From an uncultured bacterium (GTDB lineage: Bacteria > CAYJRR01), in assembly GCA_964372275.1 (NCBI GenBank), contig CAYJRR010000044.1, positions 1 to 33,545 on the forward strand: DNA of 33,545 nt, written 5' to 3'. The position numbers and the translations under genes were made by a program. The notes under the pieces are model-generated. The model did no database searches and had not been told where the DNA came from. It saw only the letters and a program-made list of their open reading frames with translations. Shown here one piece after another: positions 1-9,729 of the stretch (positions within the stretch are counted from its first letter, which is position 1; each line of letters opens with the position of its first letter).

Positions 1-31
1 TCTGAACGAGTGACGCCGGTATAGTCGGCCG

Positions 32-1384
32 ATGCAACCGAAGGCCGGTCCCGCCGCGCAACCGTTCAAATACCCCCTCGACCGTCCCTTCCGGGAGCCG
101 GACTGGACGCGGCTTCCCGGCTACCGCGGCGTCTCGAAGAAGGACTGGGAGAGCGGGCGCTGGCAACGACAGAATTCGGTGAAGGACCTGGCGGAGCTCA
201 AGGAGGCGCTCGGGGCCTTCCTTCCCGACGAGCTCGCCGCCGAGATCGAGCGCGACCAGCGGGAACGGGCGACGATGTCGCTGCTGATCACGCCGCAGAT
301 GATCAACACCATGGACGAGCGGGACCTCTGGAACGACCCGCTCCGACGCTACATGCTCCCGGCCTTTCGCGACCGCCGCACCGACTGGCCGAGTCATCCG
401 AAGGCGACGCGCGACAGCCTTCACGAGCACGACATGTGGGCGGTCGAGGGGCTCACCCACCGCTACCCGACCAAGGTTCTCGCCGAGTTGCTCGCCACCT
501 GCCCGCAATACTGCGGTCACTGCACCCGCATGGACCTGGTTGGGAACAACGTCCCGCAGGTGACCAAGCTCAAGCTCGCGGGAGCGCCCAAGGACCGCCA
601 CCAGGCGATCCTCGACTACCTCCGCAAGACGCCGTCGGTACGCGACGTCGTCGTCTCCGGCGGCGACATCGCCAACGTGCCGGTGCCGCAGCTCGAGGCG
701 TTCGTGGTGGCGCTGATGGACATCCCCAACATCAAGGACATCCGCCTGGCGAGCAAGGGACTGATGGGGATCCCGCAACACTTCCTCCAGACCGAGGTGC
801 TGGAGGCGTTCGAGCGGATGGTGAAGAAGGGGCAGAAGAACGGCGTCGAGATCGCCCTGCACACGCACGTGAACCACGCCAACCAGGTGACGCCGCTGGT
901 CGGCGACGCCGCGCGGCGGATCCTGGAACTCGGGTTCCGCGACGTGCGCAACCAGGGGGTTCTGCTGCGCGGCGTAAACGGGACGGCGAAGGAGCTGCTC
1001 GACCTGTGCTTCATGCTGCAGGACCAGGCCAAGATCCTCCCCTACTACTTCTACATGTGCGACATGATCCCGAGCTCCGAGCACTGGCGTCTGTCGGTCG
1101 CCGAGGCCCAGGCGCTGCAGCACGACATCATGGGTTACCTTCCCGGTTTCGCGACGCCGCGGATCGTCTGCGACGTGCCGTTCGTCGGGAAGCGATGGGT
1201 CCACCAGGTCGCCGAATACGATCGCGAGAAGGGGATCAGCCACTGGACCAAGAACTACCGGACCGGCATCGAGCTCGACGATCCCGACGCGCTGACGCGC
1301 CGCTACGAGTACTACGACCCGATCTACACCCTCCCCGAGTCGGGCCAGGCCTGGTGGCGGCGGCAAGCCGAATCGGCGGCGTGA
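32..1384 (+). CDS. kamA: KamA-family radical SAM protein (lysine 2,3-aminomutase-like)
   Basis: GLTHRYPTKVL, radical SAM motif CPQYCGHC, DVVVSGGD, NQGVLLRGVN, PYYFYMCD, and candidate PLP lysine in PFVGK. Substrate is not determinable from sequence. Confidence 0.85.
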   Translation: MQPKAGPAAQPFKYPLDRPFREPDWTRLPGYRGVSKKDWESGRWQRQNSVKDLAELKEALGAFLPDELAAEIERDQRERATMSLLITPQMINTMDERDLWNDPLRRYMLPAFRDRRTDWPSHPKATRDSLHEHDMWAVEGLTHRYPTKVLAELLATCPQYCGHCTRMDLVGNNVPQVTKLKLAGAPKDRHQAILDYLRKTPSVRDVVVSGGDIANVPVPQLEAFVVALMDIPNIKDIRLASKGLMGIPQHFLQTEVLEAFERMVKKGQKNGVEIALHTHVNHANQVTPLVGDAARRILELGFRDVRNQGVLLRGVNGTAKELLDLCFMLQDQAKILPYYFYMCDMIPSSEHWRLSVAEAQALQHDIMGYLPGFATPRIVCDVPFVGKRWVHQVAEYDREKGISHWTKNYRTGIELDDPDALTRRYEYYDPIYTLPESGQAWWRRQAESAA

Positions 1385-1983
1385 TGGCGCGGCGAGCGCC
1401 CACCGCGGAGGCGCGGAGGCCGCGGAACGCGGCCGACCCGGCGGCCATGGCGCGGGCGATCCGCGACTTCCTCGCCGCCGCCGGCCTCGACCCGCGCGAC
1501 ACCGAACTGCGCGAGACGCCGCGGCGCGTGGCGGAGGCCTGGATGGAGGACTTCCTCGACGGCTATCTCGCCGACCCGGCGGCGATCCTCTCCGAGCTCC
1601 ACCCCGCGACGTCGCGCGATCTGGTGGTGGTGCGGTCGATCGACTTTCACTCGATGTGTCCGCACCACCTCATTCCGTATCGCGGCATTGCGCACGTCGG
1701 CTACCTGCCGGCCCGCGGCGTGGTCGGCTTCGGCACGCTGGTGCAGCTCGTCGACGCCTTCGCCCACCGCCTGATCCTGCAGGAGGAGATCGGGGAGCGG
1801 ATCGTCGAAAGCCTGACGCGGCACCTCGGCAGCCGCGGCGCGGCGTGCGTGCTCGAGGCCGAGCAGGGATGCGTCACGATGCGCGGTGCGAAGCGCCGCG
1901 GCGCGCGCACCGTCACCCGCAGCTTCCGCGGAGCGCTCGCCACGCCGCGCGGACAGCGTTCGTTCCTGGAGGCGCTGGCGTGA
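1384..1983 (+). CDS. folE: GTP cyclohydrolase I (FolE family), divergent
   Basis: ETPRRVA, FHSMCPHHLIPY, GIAHVGYLP, RLILQE, GCVTMRG. ATG at 1384 overlaps the kamA stop (TGATG). This is the C-terminal part of track ORF 436..1983. Confidence 0.85.
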   Translation: MARRAPTAEARRPRNAADPAAMARAIRDFLAAAGLDPRDTELRETPRRVAEAWMEDFLDGYLADPAAILSELHPATSRDLVVVRSIDFHSMCPHHLIPYRGIAHVGYLPARGVVGFGTLVQLVDAFAHRLILQEEIGERIVESLTRHLGSRGAACVLEAEQGCVTMRGAKRRGARTVTRSFRGALATPRGQRSFLEALA

Positions 1984-2351
1984 CCGACGCGATCGTCCTC
2001 AAGGGGATCGAGTTCGTCGGCGTGCACGGCGCCACGGAGGAGGAGCGCGTCCGTCACCAGCGTTTCTCGGTCGACGTCACGCTCGAGCTCTCGCTCGCCG
2101 CCAGCGCCGCCAGCGATCGCCTCGCCGACACCGTCGACTACCGCGAGATCGGCGCCCGGGTGGTGCGCGTGGGGACGACGGCGCGCTATCACCTGCTCGA
2201 GGCGCTGGCGGGCCACGTCGCACGCGAGATTCAGGAGGTCTGCGCGGGTGCCGCGGTCACCGTCTCCGTGCGAAAGCTCGCCCCGCCGGTGGAGTTCCCG
2301 GTACAGACGATCGAGGTACGGATCCACCGGCCCGCACGCGTGCCGGCCTGA
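1980..2351 (+). CDS. folB: Dihydroneopterin aldolase
   Basis: GVHGATEEER..QRFSVDV, DRLADTVDY, LLEALA, VRKLAPP. GTG start overlaps the folE stop (GTGA). Confidence 0.88.
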   Translation: MTDAIVLKGIEFVGVHGATEEERVRHQRFSVDVTLELSLAASAASDRLADTVDYREIGARVVRVGTTARYHLLEALAGHVAREIQEVCAGAAVTVSVRKLAPPVEFPVQTIEVRIHRPARVPA

Positions 2352-2472
2352 CGCGCTCCCGCCGCCACCGCGGACGCGAACGTAGGGACACGGGAACCCA
2401 TTCGGCGGTAGCGTTGTCCGTCGAGTGATGCCACCGGAGGCTTTGATGAGAAACGTTTACCGTTCACGAACG

Positions 2473-4560
2473 ATGAGGCGTACCTTCGTGGCGCTGGTGG
2501 CGGTTGTCGGAACCGTAGAGTCGCTCGCCACGGCCGCCGATCCGGTCCCCCCGTCGGGGACGGTGGTGGAGTCGAAGGTCGACCGGGTGACCGTCTACTC
2601 CGACCGCGCGCGCGTGACGCGCACGTCGCAGGTCGCGGTGAAGGACGGGAGGCAGAGGATCGTCGTCGGCGGCCTGCCGGTGCAGCTCGACGACGGATCG
2701 GTCTCGGCGGCGCTCGCGGGGCGGACGACCGCCCGCATCCTCTCGATCGAAGTCGAGCCGTCGTACGGCAAGCGCGCCACCAAGAAGGAGGCGGAGGCGC
2801 TCCTCGCCAAGCGCGACCAGCTCAAGGCGCGGCAGAAGGAGCTCGACGACGCCATGGCCGCGATCAACGCCGAGGAGACCTTCCTCCGGCAGCTCTCGGT
2901 GAAGCCGAAGGTCGACGAGCGCGGGCGCCCGCTCCCGGTGACGCTCGAACCGGCGGTGTGGCGATCGACGCTCGACTTCGCGCGCGACTCGTTCCGCGCC
3001 GTCCGCTCCCGGTCGCGCGCGACGCAGGTCGAACTGCTGAAGCTCGCCAAGGAGGTCGCGGCGGTGGAGGCCGAGATCGCCAAGGTCCGCTCCTACGAGA
3101 CCGAGGCGGTCAAGCAGGTGGTGGTGGAGATCGCCGGCGAGCGCGCCGAGACGGCCGAGCTCGAGGTGACCTACACCCTTTCCGGCCCGTTCTGGCGCCC
3201 CGCCTACGACGTCCGGGTGCTGACCTCGCAAGGCCACGTCGAGGTGACGACGCACGCCGTCGTCCGCCAGGAGACGGGCGAAGACTGGAAGGAGGCCCGC
3301 GTCCAGTTCTCGACCGCCTCCCCCGCCGAAGGGGCCGACCTGCCGACGCTGCTCGCGTGGCGGCTGGGGGACGAGCAGCAGTACCGCGTCGCCACCGCCC
3401 AAGGGGGCACGGGCCGGATGGACGGCGGGCTCGCCGAATCGAAGTCCGCCGCCCCCCGTTCGGAGCGCCGCGCCGTGGCGTCGATGGCTCCCGCCGCACC
3501 GGAGGCTGCCGCCGTGCCGATGCCGGCGGCCCCGCCCTCCAAGCAATCGCAGCGATGGGGCGGAGGCCGCCCGCAGGCCGCGGAGGCCGACGAGGACGAA
3601 GCCGAAGAGGCGATGGCGATGCCCGACATGGAGGCCTCCTACGACGACTGGGATGGCGGGCCGGGCGCCGGCGGAATCGCCCAGAGTGGTTTCGGCGGCA
3701 TCGCGGGATCGGGCGGCTACGGCGTGACCGGCGGCGTGAGTGGCGCCGCGGCCGGCGCCAAACCGGCCCCGCCCCCGCCCGCAACGATCCGCGCCGTCTC
3801 GACCGGCGTCTGGTCGCTCCCACCCGGCCGTCGATTCGTCTTCGCCAACCGCGATGCCGACGGGCTGTCGTGGACCGGCGACCGGATCTTCTGCCCGAGC
3901 CCACACCGGGCCGCCGGTGGCTTCGACTTCGTCTTCGACACCGACCGGCGCCAGACCGTCCTCTCCGACGGCCGCGAGCGCAAGGTGAAGGTCGGCGTCG
4001 CCGCCTTTCCCGCCAAGCTGCTCTACGAGGTGGTCGCCCCGCTCTCGAACAAGGCGTACCTCCGGGCCACGATCCAGAACGACGGCCGCCAACCGTTCCT
4101 TGCCGGCGAGACGCTGATCTTCCTCGACGAGGAGTTCGTCGGCCGCGCCTTCGTCGACACCGTCGCTCCACGCGGCGAGCTCGCGCTCTCGCTCGGCGCC
4201 GACGAGGACGTGAAGGTCGAGCGACGCGTGGAGCAGACGGCGGAGGCCAAGGGGATCCTCGGGAAGAAGGACCGCACCGTCTATTCGGTGCGCGTCGACC
4301 TCCGCTCCTTCAAGAAGCGGACGATCGAGGTGCTCGTCCGCGAGCAGTTCCCCCTCACCTGGCAGAAGGACGAAATCTCGATCGAGACGTTGGGCAGCAC
4401 CCCCGATCCGCTGCCCGACAAGGAGGGAAGCGACAAGAGCGCGGGGCTGCTCGCGTGGCGATTCATCGTCCCCGGCGGGGGCAAGGTCGATCTCCGGCAC
4501 AAATACGCCGTCGAACGGCCGCGCGACTTCGAGATGTCCGAACAGCGGGGGAACCGATGA
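2473..4560 (+). CDS. Secreted DUF4140/DUF4139 (mucoidy inhibitor MuiA-family) protein
   Basis: Signal peptide-like N-terminus, VTVYSDRARVTR, coiled coil, WRPAYDVR, VRQETGEDW, FSTASP, and C-terminal LGADEDVKVER. Start is uncertain (2425-2473). Confidence 0.8.
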   Translation: MRRTFVALVAVVGTVESLATAADPVPPSGTVVESKVDRVTVYSDRARVTRTSQVAVKDGRQRIVVGGLPVQLDDGSVSAALAGRTTARILSIEVEPSYGKRATKKEAEALLAKRDQLKARQKELDDAMAAINAEETFLRQLSVKPKVDERGRPLPVTLEPAVWRSTLDFARDSFRAVRSRSRATQVELLKLAKEVAAVEAEIAKVRSYETEAVKQVVVEIAGERAETAELEVTYTLSGPFWRPAYDVRVLTSQGHVEVTTHAVVRQETGEDWKEARVQFSTASPAEGADLPTLLAWRLGDEQQYRVATAQGGTGRMDGGLAESKSAAPRSERRAVASMAPAAPEAAAVPMPAAPPSKQSQRWGGGRPQAAEADEDEAEEAMAMPDMEASYDDWDGGPGAGGIAQSGFGGIAGSGGYGVTGGVSGAAAGAKPAPPPPATIRAVSTGVWSLPPGRRFVFANRDADGLSWTGDRIFCPSPHRAAGGFDFVFDTDRRQTVLSDGRERKVKVGVAAFPAKLLYEVVAPLSNKAYLRATIQNDGRQPFLAGETLIFLDEEFVGRAFVDTVAPRGELALSLGADEDVKVERRVEQTAEAKGILGKKDRTVYSVRVDLRSFKKRTIEVLVREQFPLTWQKDEISIETLGSTPDPLPDKEGSDKSAGLLAWRFIVPGGGKVDLRHKYAVERPRDFEMSEQRGNR

Positions 4561-6173
4561 GCCGCTTCGCCGCCGTCGCGCTGCTGAGCCTCTCCGCCTC
4601 CACCGCCGCGGCCGACGACGCTCCGCCGCGGACCACCGTCCGGGCCGCGATCCAGTCGGTCAACGTCTATCCCGACGGCGCCACCGTCGCGCGCCGCGGC
4701 CGCGTCGCGCTTCCCGCCGGCCGGTCGACCGTCCTCTTCGAGGGGCTGACCGCCGGGCTCGACGAGGCGTCGCTCAAAGGAAAGGTTTCGTCCGGCAAGG
4801 TGACGGGGCTCGCGGCCGACTGGCAGGGGGCGCTCGAATCGACGCGCGAAACCGAAGCGAAGCTGCGTGCCGAGGTGGAGCGCCTGCAGTGGGAGATCCA
4901 GGGCTTGAACGACGAGTTCGCCACGCTGCAGCTCTCCCGGCAGATTCTCGAGCAGTACCGCGGCCACGCGCGCGAGGCGATTGCCAACGCCGCCGCGGAC
5001 CGCGGAAACGTCTCGCCGAAGTGGAATCCGGCCCTGACGTTCACGACCGCCGAGCAGGAGTCGATCGCCAAGGCCGAGCGCGCCGCGCGCCTCGCGCTGG
5101 AGGGGAAGAACGCCGCGCTCCGCGCCGCGCAGGCGTCACTCCAGCAGCTCGCAAGCCCAAGCGAGCAGCTACGCCGCCAGGTGGAGATGGAGGTCGAGAC
5201 CGACCGGGCGGGAGAGGTCGAGGTGACGCTCGAGTACCGCGTCCGCGACGCCGGCTGGGGACCGGCGTACGACGTCCGCCACGACGGCCGGGGCTCGACG
5301 ATGCAGCTCGTCTATTACGGCACCGTCTGGCAGGGGACCGGCGAGGACTGGAACGACATCGCCCTCACCCTCTCCACCGCCCGGCCGACCGAGAGCGCGC
5401 AGATCCCGACCCTCACCTCGCTCTTCCTCACCGGCTATCGCCGCGAGAAGCAACCGGTGACGATCGTCTCCTACGGCAAGGAGGCGGCGAAAAAGCTCGA
5501 GGCCGGCGCCGGCGGCGCGTCCGGTCCCGCCGGCGGACGCGCCACCGTCGACGACCACGGCACGTCGATGGTCTTCGTCATCCAGGGGAAGGAGTCGCTC
5601 CCCGCCGACCGCCGCCCACACAAGGTCGAGATCACCGCCAGCCGCCTCGACGCCGCCGTCAGCTACGAGACGATCCCCAAGGTCGCCCCGTTCGTCTTCC
5701 TGAAGGTAACCGCCACCAACACCACCGGCTTCCCGCTCCTCGCCGGCCAGGTCGACGTCTTCCGCGCCTCCGGCTACGTCGGCAGCGCCTCTCTCGACTA
5801 CGTCGCCCCGCAGGAGAAGATCACCGTCTCTCTCGGTCCCGACGAGGAGCTCCGCGTCCGGCGCGTCGTGGACGAAAAATCGACCCGCGCCCCGAAGCTC
5901 CTGGGGACGACCAAGGTCGTCACCCAGGCCTACGAGATCGAGCTGTCCAACTTCAAGGACGCCCCCCGCACCGTCACCGTCGTCGAAAACCTGCCCGTCT
6001 CCCAGCGGAAGGAGATCCGGGTCGATCTCAAGGAGGGGACGACCAAGCCGACCTCGCGCGACGACGACGGGTTCGTCCGCTGGAACGTCGACCTGAAGCC
6101 CGGCGAATCGAAGAAGCTCCACTTCGGCTTCGAGGTCGAGCTCCCCGCGAGCTACCAGCTCGAGGGGATCTAA
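4557..6173 (+). CDS. Secreted DUF4140/DUF4139 (MuiA-family) protein, second paralogue
   Basis: Signal peptide MSRFAAVALLSLSASTAAA, VNVYPDGATVAR, WGPAYDVR, VWQGTGEDW, LSTARP, LGPDEELRVRR. ATGA overlap with the upstream paralogue. Confidence 0.82.
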   Translation: MSRFAAVALLSLSASTAAADDAPPRTTVRAAIQSVNVYPDGATVARRGRVALPAGRSTVLFEGLTAGLDEASLKGKVSSGKVTGLAADWQGALESTRETEAKLRAEVERLQWEIQGLNDEFATLQLSRQILEQYRGHAREAIANAAADRGNVSPKWNPALTFTTAEQESIAKAERAARLALEGKNAALRAAQASLQQLASPSEQLRRQVEMEVETDRAGEVEVTLEYRVRDAGWGPAYDVRHDGRGSTMQLVYYGTVWQGTGEDWNDIALTLSTARPTESAQIPTLTSLFLTGYRREKQPVTIVSYGKEAAKKLEAGAGGASGPAGGRATVDDHGTSMVFVIQGKESLPADRRPHKVEITASRLDAAVSYETIPKVAPFVFLKVTATNTTGFPLLAGQVDVFRASGYVGSASLDYVAPQEKITVSLGPDEELRVRRVVDEKSTRAPKLLGTTKVVTQAYEIELSNFKDAPRTVTVVENLPVSQRKEIRVDLKEGTTKPTSRDDDGFVRWNVDLKPGESKKLHFGFEVELPASYQLEGI

Positions 6174-6235
6174 CCCCGGGCACGGCAGACCGCAGGCGCA
6201 AGGCGCCGCGGGAGGCCGACGGCCGACCAAGGCGC

Positions 6236-6292
6236 GGGGGGTTGGGGGGCATCGGAGCACGGTGCGAAGCACCGCGCGCACGGGCCCCCCAA
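6236..6292. repeat. GC-rich nested palindrome between convergent genes (REP-like element or possible bidirectional terminator)
   Basis: TTGGGGGGC (6242-6250) pairs with GCCCCCCAA (6284-6292). Inner hairpin CGGTGC-GAA-GCACCG at 6260-6274. Confidence 0.5.
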
Positions 6293-6293
6293 T

Positions 6294-6824
6294 CTAGTAA
6301 ATGCCTTCGGAGATGGGGCTCTTCCCGTGGTGGTTGCGGGCCAGGTAGACGAGGTCGACCACCGCCCCTTCGCGGGTGTAGGTGGCGTTCTCGAACTTGC
6401 CGGTGTCCATGCGGATGGCATCGCAGGGGCAGGCTTCGACGCAGTAGCCGCAGAAGACGCAGCGGAGGAGGTCGATCGAGTAGGCGGCCGGGAACTTCTC
6501 GACGTTGGGATCGGGGTCCTCGTTGGCGACGATCCGGATGCAGCGCGCCGGGCAGGCGGTGGAGCAGAGCATGCAGGCGGTGCACCGGATCCGGCCGTCC
6601 TCGCGGAGCATGAGCCGGTGCTCTCCGCGGTAGCCCGGCGGGAGGATCAGCGGCTCTTCGGGGTAGTGGCGGGTGATCAGTTCGCGCCGCCCGAGGATCG
6701 TCGAGCGGACGAAGTTGCGGACCAGGTGGCGGAGCGTGATCCACAGGCCCTTCGCCACCTCGACCACGTAGGCACGCTCGACGAGCGTGAGATCGGGGCG
6801 CGGGACCGATTTGACGCCGATCAC
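6294..6824 (-). CDS. nuoI: NADH-quinone oxidoreductase subunit I
   Basis: YPEE..YRGEHRL and two 4Fe-4S motifs, CTACMLCSTACP and CVFCGYCVEACP. GTG start overlaps the def stop. Confidence 0.9.
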   Translation of the reverse strand: MIGVKSVPRPDLTLVERAYVVEVAKGLWITLRHLVRNFVRSTILGRRELITRHYPEEPLILPPGYRGEHRLMLREDGRIRCTACMLCSTACPARCIRIVANEDPDPNVEKFPAAYSIDLLRCVFCGYCVEACPCDAIRMDTGKFENATYTREGAVVDLVYLARNHHGKSPISEGIY

Positions 6825-7342
6825 TCGAGCGTCCCTTTCTCGGCGGGCTCCTCGCCCTCCTTCCACCAGGGGCAGCCCTTCGCGATCCAGTCGACGACGA
6901 GGCGGCCGTCGAGGTGATCCAGCTCGTGCTGGATCACGATCGCCATCAGGCCCTCGGCGGAGAGCCGCACCGCGGCGCCGCCGAGGTCCTGCGCGTCGAC
7001 CTCGATCTTCGCGCTCCGCGGCACCTCGACGCGCACGCCGGGGGCCGACAGGCATCCTTCGGCGAGCGACGCGCTCCCCTCCGCCGCGACGATGCGCGGG
7101 TTCGCCAGGAAGAACGGCGTCGGGCTGTCCGGGTCCTCCGGATCGTGGAGGTCGATCCGCACCAGCCGCGTCGAGACCCCGACCTGCGGCGCGGCGAGCC
7201 CGATTCCGCCGAGCGTCGGCAGCGTCTCCGACATGTCGGCGGCGAGCCTCTGGAGCGCCGGACCGAAGTCGGTCACCGGCTCGGCGACGCGACGCAGGAA
7301 CGCCTCGTCGCCGGGGATCGTATGGATGCGGAGGATCGCCAT
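6821..7342 (-). CDS. def: Peptide deformylase
   Basis: All three PDF motifs are present: GIGLAAPQVG, EGCLS, QHELDHLDG. Confidence 0.93.
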   Translation of the reverse strand: MAILRIHTIPGDEAFLRRVAEPVTDFGPALQRLAADMSETLPTLGGIGLAAPQVGVSTRLVRIDLHDPEDPDSPTPFFLANPRIVAAEGSASLAEGCLSAPGVRVEVPRSAKIEVDAQDLGGAAVRLSAEGLMAIVIQHELDHLDGRLVVDWIAKGCPWWKEGEEPAEKGTLE

Positions 7343-7364
7343 CGCCGAAGGATCGCGACGCGTC

Positions 7365-7955
7365 CTAGACGGTCGCCGACCGGTTGCTGTACCGGCGCTT
7401 GGAGAGGTAGCGCTCGTTCTTGATCATCTTCTGCAGCTGCAGGATCCCTTCGGTGAGCGCCTCCGGGCGCGGTGGGCAGCCGGGGATGTAGACGTCGACC
7501 GGCACCACCTTGTCGACCCCCTTCAGCGTCGAGTAGCCGAGCTGGAAGAGCCCCCCGCAGTTGGAGCAGGAGCCCATCGAGATGACGTACTTCGGATCGG
7601 GCATCTGCTCGTAGAGGAGCCGCACCCGGTGGGCCATCTTCAGCGTGACGGTGCCCGAGACGATCATCAAGTCGGCCTGGCGGGGCGTCGCCCGGAAGAC
7701 CGACCCGAAGCGGTCGAGGTCGGCGCGCGGGCCGCCGGTCTGCATCATCTCGATCGCGCAACAGGCCAGGCCGAACAGCAGGTACCAGAGCGAATTGGCG
7801 CGCCCCCAATCGAGCGCCCAGTCGAGACGCGTCAGCACGAATCCGCCGGCCTGCTCGCCCGGAGGCATCGGGATCGCGTTCCCGGCGAAGTCGGCGTCCG
7901 ACCGCTTGTGCAGTTCGTTCAGAACGGGCAGCGCCTTGCGCCCGAGGATGCTCAT
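7365..7955 (-). CDS. nuoB: NADH-quinone oxidoreductase subunit B
   Basis: [61 protein letters not shown] upstream. Confidence 0.93.
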   Translation of the reverse strand: MSILGRKALPVLNELHKRSDADFAGNAIPMPPGEQAGGFVLTRLDWALDWGRANSLWYLLFGLACCAIEMMQTGGPRADLDRFGSVFRATPRQADLMIVSGTVTLKMAHRVRLLYEQMPDPKYVISMGSCSNCGGLFQLGYSTLKGVDKVVPVDVYIPGCPPRPEALTEGILQLQKMIKNERYLSKRRYSNRSATV

Positions 7956-7985
7956 GGAGGCGTTCTCCTTGGAGAAGGAACCGGT

Positions 7986-8013
7986 AGTGTAGCCGGGGAA
8001 CGGCGACGGTCAA
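7986..8013 (-). promoter_or_regulatory. Putative sigma70 promoter of nuoB-def-nuoI
   Basis: Minus strand TTGACC-16 nt-TACACT, about 30 nt upstream of the nuoB ATG. Confidence 0.5.
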
Positions 8014-8097
8014 GCGAAGGGCGCGGACGTTGGGTCGGGTAAATACCCGAAAACCCTCGCCAAAATTTCGGCGGTGGGTTCGGCTCCGCCCCCTTCG

Positions 8098-9729
8098 ATG
8101 GTATCGTCGCCGACGCCCGTGGCCGAGAGTCGACGCCAACGCCGCAAGCGCCGCCGCCGCCGAAGCCGTCCGCCGGCGACGGCGCGCGGCTACCGGTGGC
8201 TGCTCCCGTGGGGGCTGGCCGCGCTCGGCGGTCTGCTCGCGATCCTCGCCTTCCCCGGGGTCGGCTGGCATCCGCTCGTCTGGATCTCGCTCGCGCCGCT
8301 CCTGGTGGCCCTCGAGGGGACCGAGCCGAAGCGGGCGCTCGCGCTCGGGACGCTCGCGGGCTTCGTCGCCAACGTCGGCGGCTTCCACTGGCTCACCATC
8401 ACCGTGCAGGAGTTCGGCGGGCTTCCGCTGCCGGTGGCGATCCTGGCGATGCTCCTGCACTGCGCGTGGAACGGGTTGGCGTGGGGGGTGTTCGCCGCGA
8501 TCCTGCGCTGGATCGCCTCCGATCCCGAAGCCGACGATCCATACGCGAGCGAGCCGCGCTGGTGGGTGCCGGCCGTCGTCTTCACCACGATCGAATTCGT
8601 CTGGTGGTCGGTCTTCCCCGCCTACCTCGGTGCCGCCTTCCGCGGCCTGCCGCTGCTGATGCAGGGGGCGGAGATCACCGGGGTCCTGGGGTGCAGCTTC
8701 CTGTCGATGCTCACCGTCGGCGCGGCGTGGTCCTGGAGCCGCATCCGTCGGGGACTCCCCTCCGACGGAGGACGTCCGGTCGCGGTGATCGCCGGGCTGG
8801 CGCTGGCGGCCTGGATCGGATTCGGCGCCGTGCGAATGGCGATGATCGATCGCCTGTCGGCCGACGCCCGCCCCCTGAAGATCGGCCTGGTGCAGTCGAA
8901 CATCGGTGGGATCGACAAGCGCGGAATCGGCGAGGAGGGGTTGCGCATCCACCAACGGATGACGCGACGCCTGGAAGACGCCGGCGTCGACCTGGTGGTG
9001 TGGCCGGAGTCGTCCTATCCCTATACCTATCCGCTGGAGCTCGAGGACGCCTGGCGCGCGATCGGTCCGATGAAGGCGCCGATCGTCTTCGGCGCGGTCA
9101 CCGAGGACCGCCACGGCCTCGGCCGCAACTCGGCGCTCGGAGTCGATCGCGAAGGGCGGCTCGCGGGGGCGTCGCACAAGATCCACATGGTCCCATTCGG
9201 CGAGTACCTCCCGTTCGGCTCGATCTTTCCGGCGCTCTACGACTGGATCCCGGCGATCGGCCGCCTGACCCCGGGGGAACGCCCGCTCCCGATCGCGCTC
9301 GACGGGCTCCGCATCGGGACGCTCGTCTGTTACGAAGACATCCTCCCCGCCTTCACCCGCGATGTGGTTCGCGCCACCGACCCCGACCTCCTGGTGAACG
9401 TCACAAACGATTCGTGGTACGGAAAGACCTCCAACGAGCCGACGATCCACCTCGCGCTGGCCCAGTTCCGCGCCGTCGAGCACCGACGCTCGCTGGTGCG
9501 GTCGACCAACACCGGTATCAGCGCGCTCGTCGATCCGGTGGGCCGGGTGGTGGCCGCCACGGGCCAGTGGACCGAGGAGACACTCGTCGGGTCCCTCCCG
9601 CTGCTGAAGGGCGGCCGCACGATCTACGGGCTGTTCGGCGACTGGATCGGGTGGTTGTCGCTCGCCGCCACCCTCGGATGGCTGGTGCGGGGGTGGCGCC
9701 GCGACCGCGCGGCCGAATCGACCGCCTAG
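8098..9729 (+). CDS. lnt: Apolipoprotein N-acyltransferase
   Basis: Multiple TM helices, then a nitrilase domain with VQSNI, WPES, HKIHMVPFGEY, VCYED, NVTNDSWYG, RSTNTGIS. Start is uncertain. Confidence 0.92.
   Translation: MVSSPTPVAESRRQRRKRRRRRSRPPATARGYRWLLPWGLAALGGLLAILAFPGVGWHPLVWISLAPLLVALEGTEPKRALALGTLAGFVANVGGFHWLTITVQEFGGLPLPVAILAMLLHCAWNGLAWGVFAAILRWIASDPEADDPYASEPRWWVPAVVFTTIEFVWWSVFPAYLGAAFRGLPLLMQGAEITGVLGCSFLSMLTVGAAWSWSRIRRGLPSDGGRPVAVIAGLALAAWIGFGAVRMAMIDRLSADARPLKIGLVQSNIGGIDKRGIGEEGLRIHQRMTRRLEDAGVDLVVWPESSYPYTYPLELEDAWRAIGPMKAPIVFGAVTEDRHGLGRNSALGVDREGRLAGASHKIHMVPFGEYLPFGSIFPALYDWIPAIGRLTPGERPLPIALDGLRIGTLVCYEDILPAFTRDVVRATDPDLLVNVTNDSWYGKTSNEPTIHLALAQFRAVEHRRSLVRSTNTGISALVDPVGRVVAATGQWTEETLVGSLPLLKGGRTIYGLFGDWIGWLSLAATLGWLVRGWRRDRAAESTA

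Noticed and set aside
436..1383. Apparent long N-terminal extension of FolE (515-aa ORF)
   Set aside because: It is an alternative frame of kamA. FolE homology starts at ATG 1384.
4557..4560. Programmed frameshift joining the two DUF4139 genes
   Set aside because: The second gene has its own signal peptide and a complete domain set. This is an ordinary ATGA overlap.
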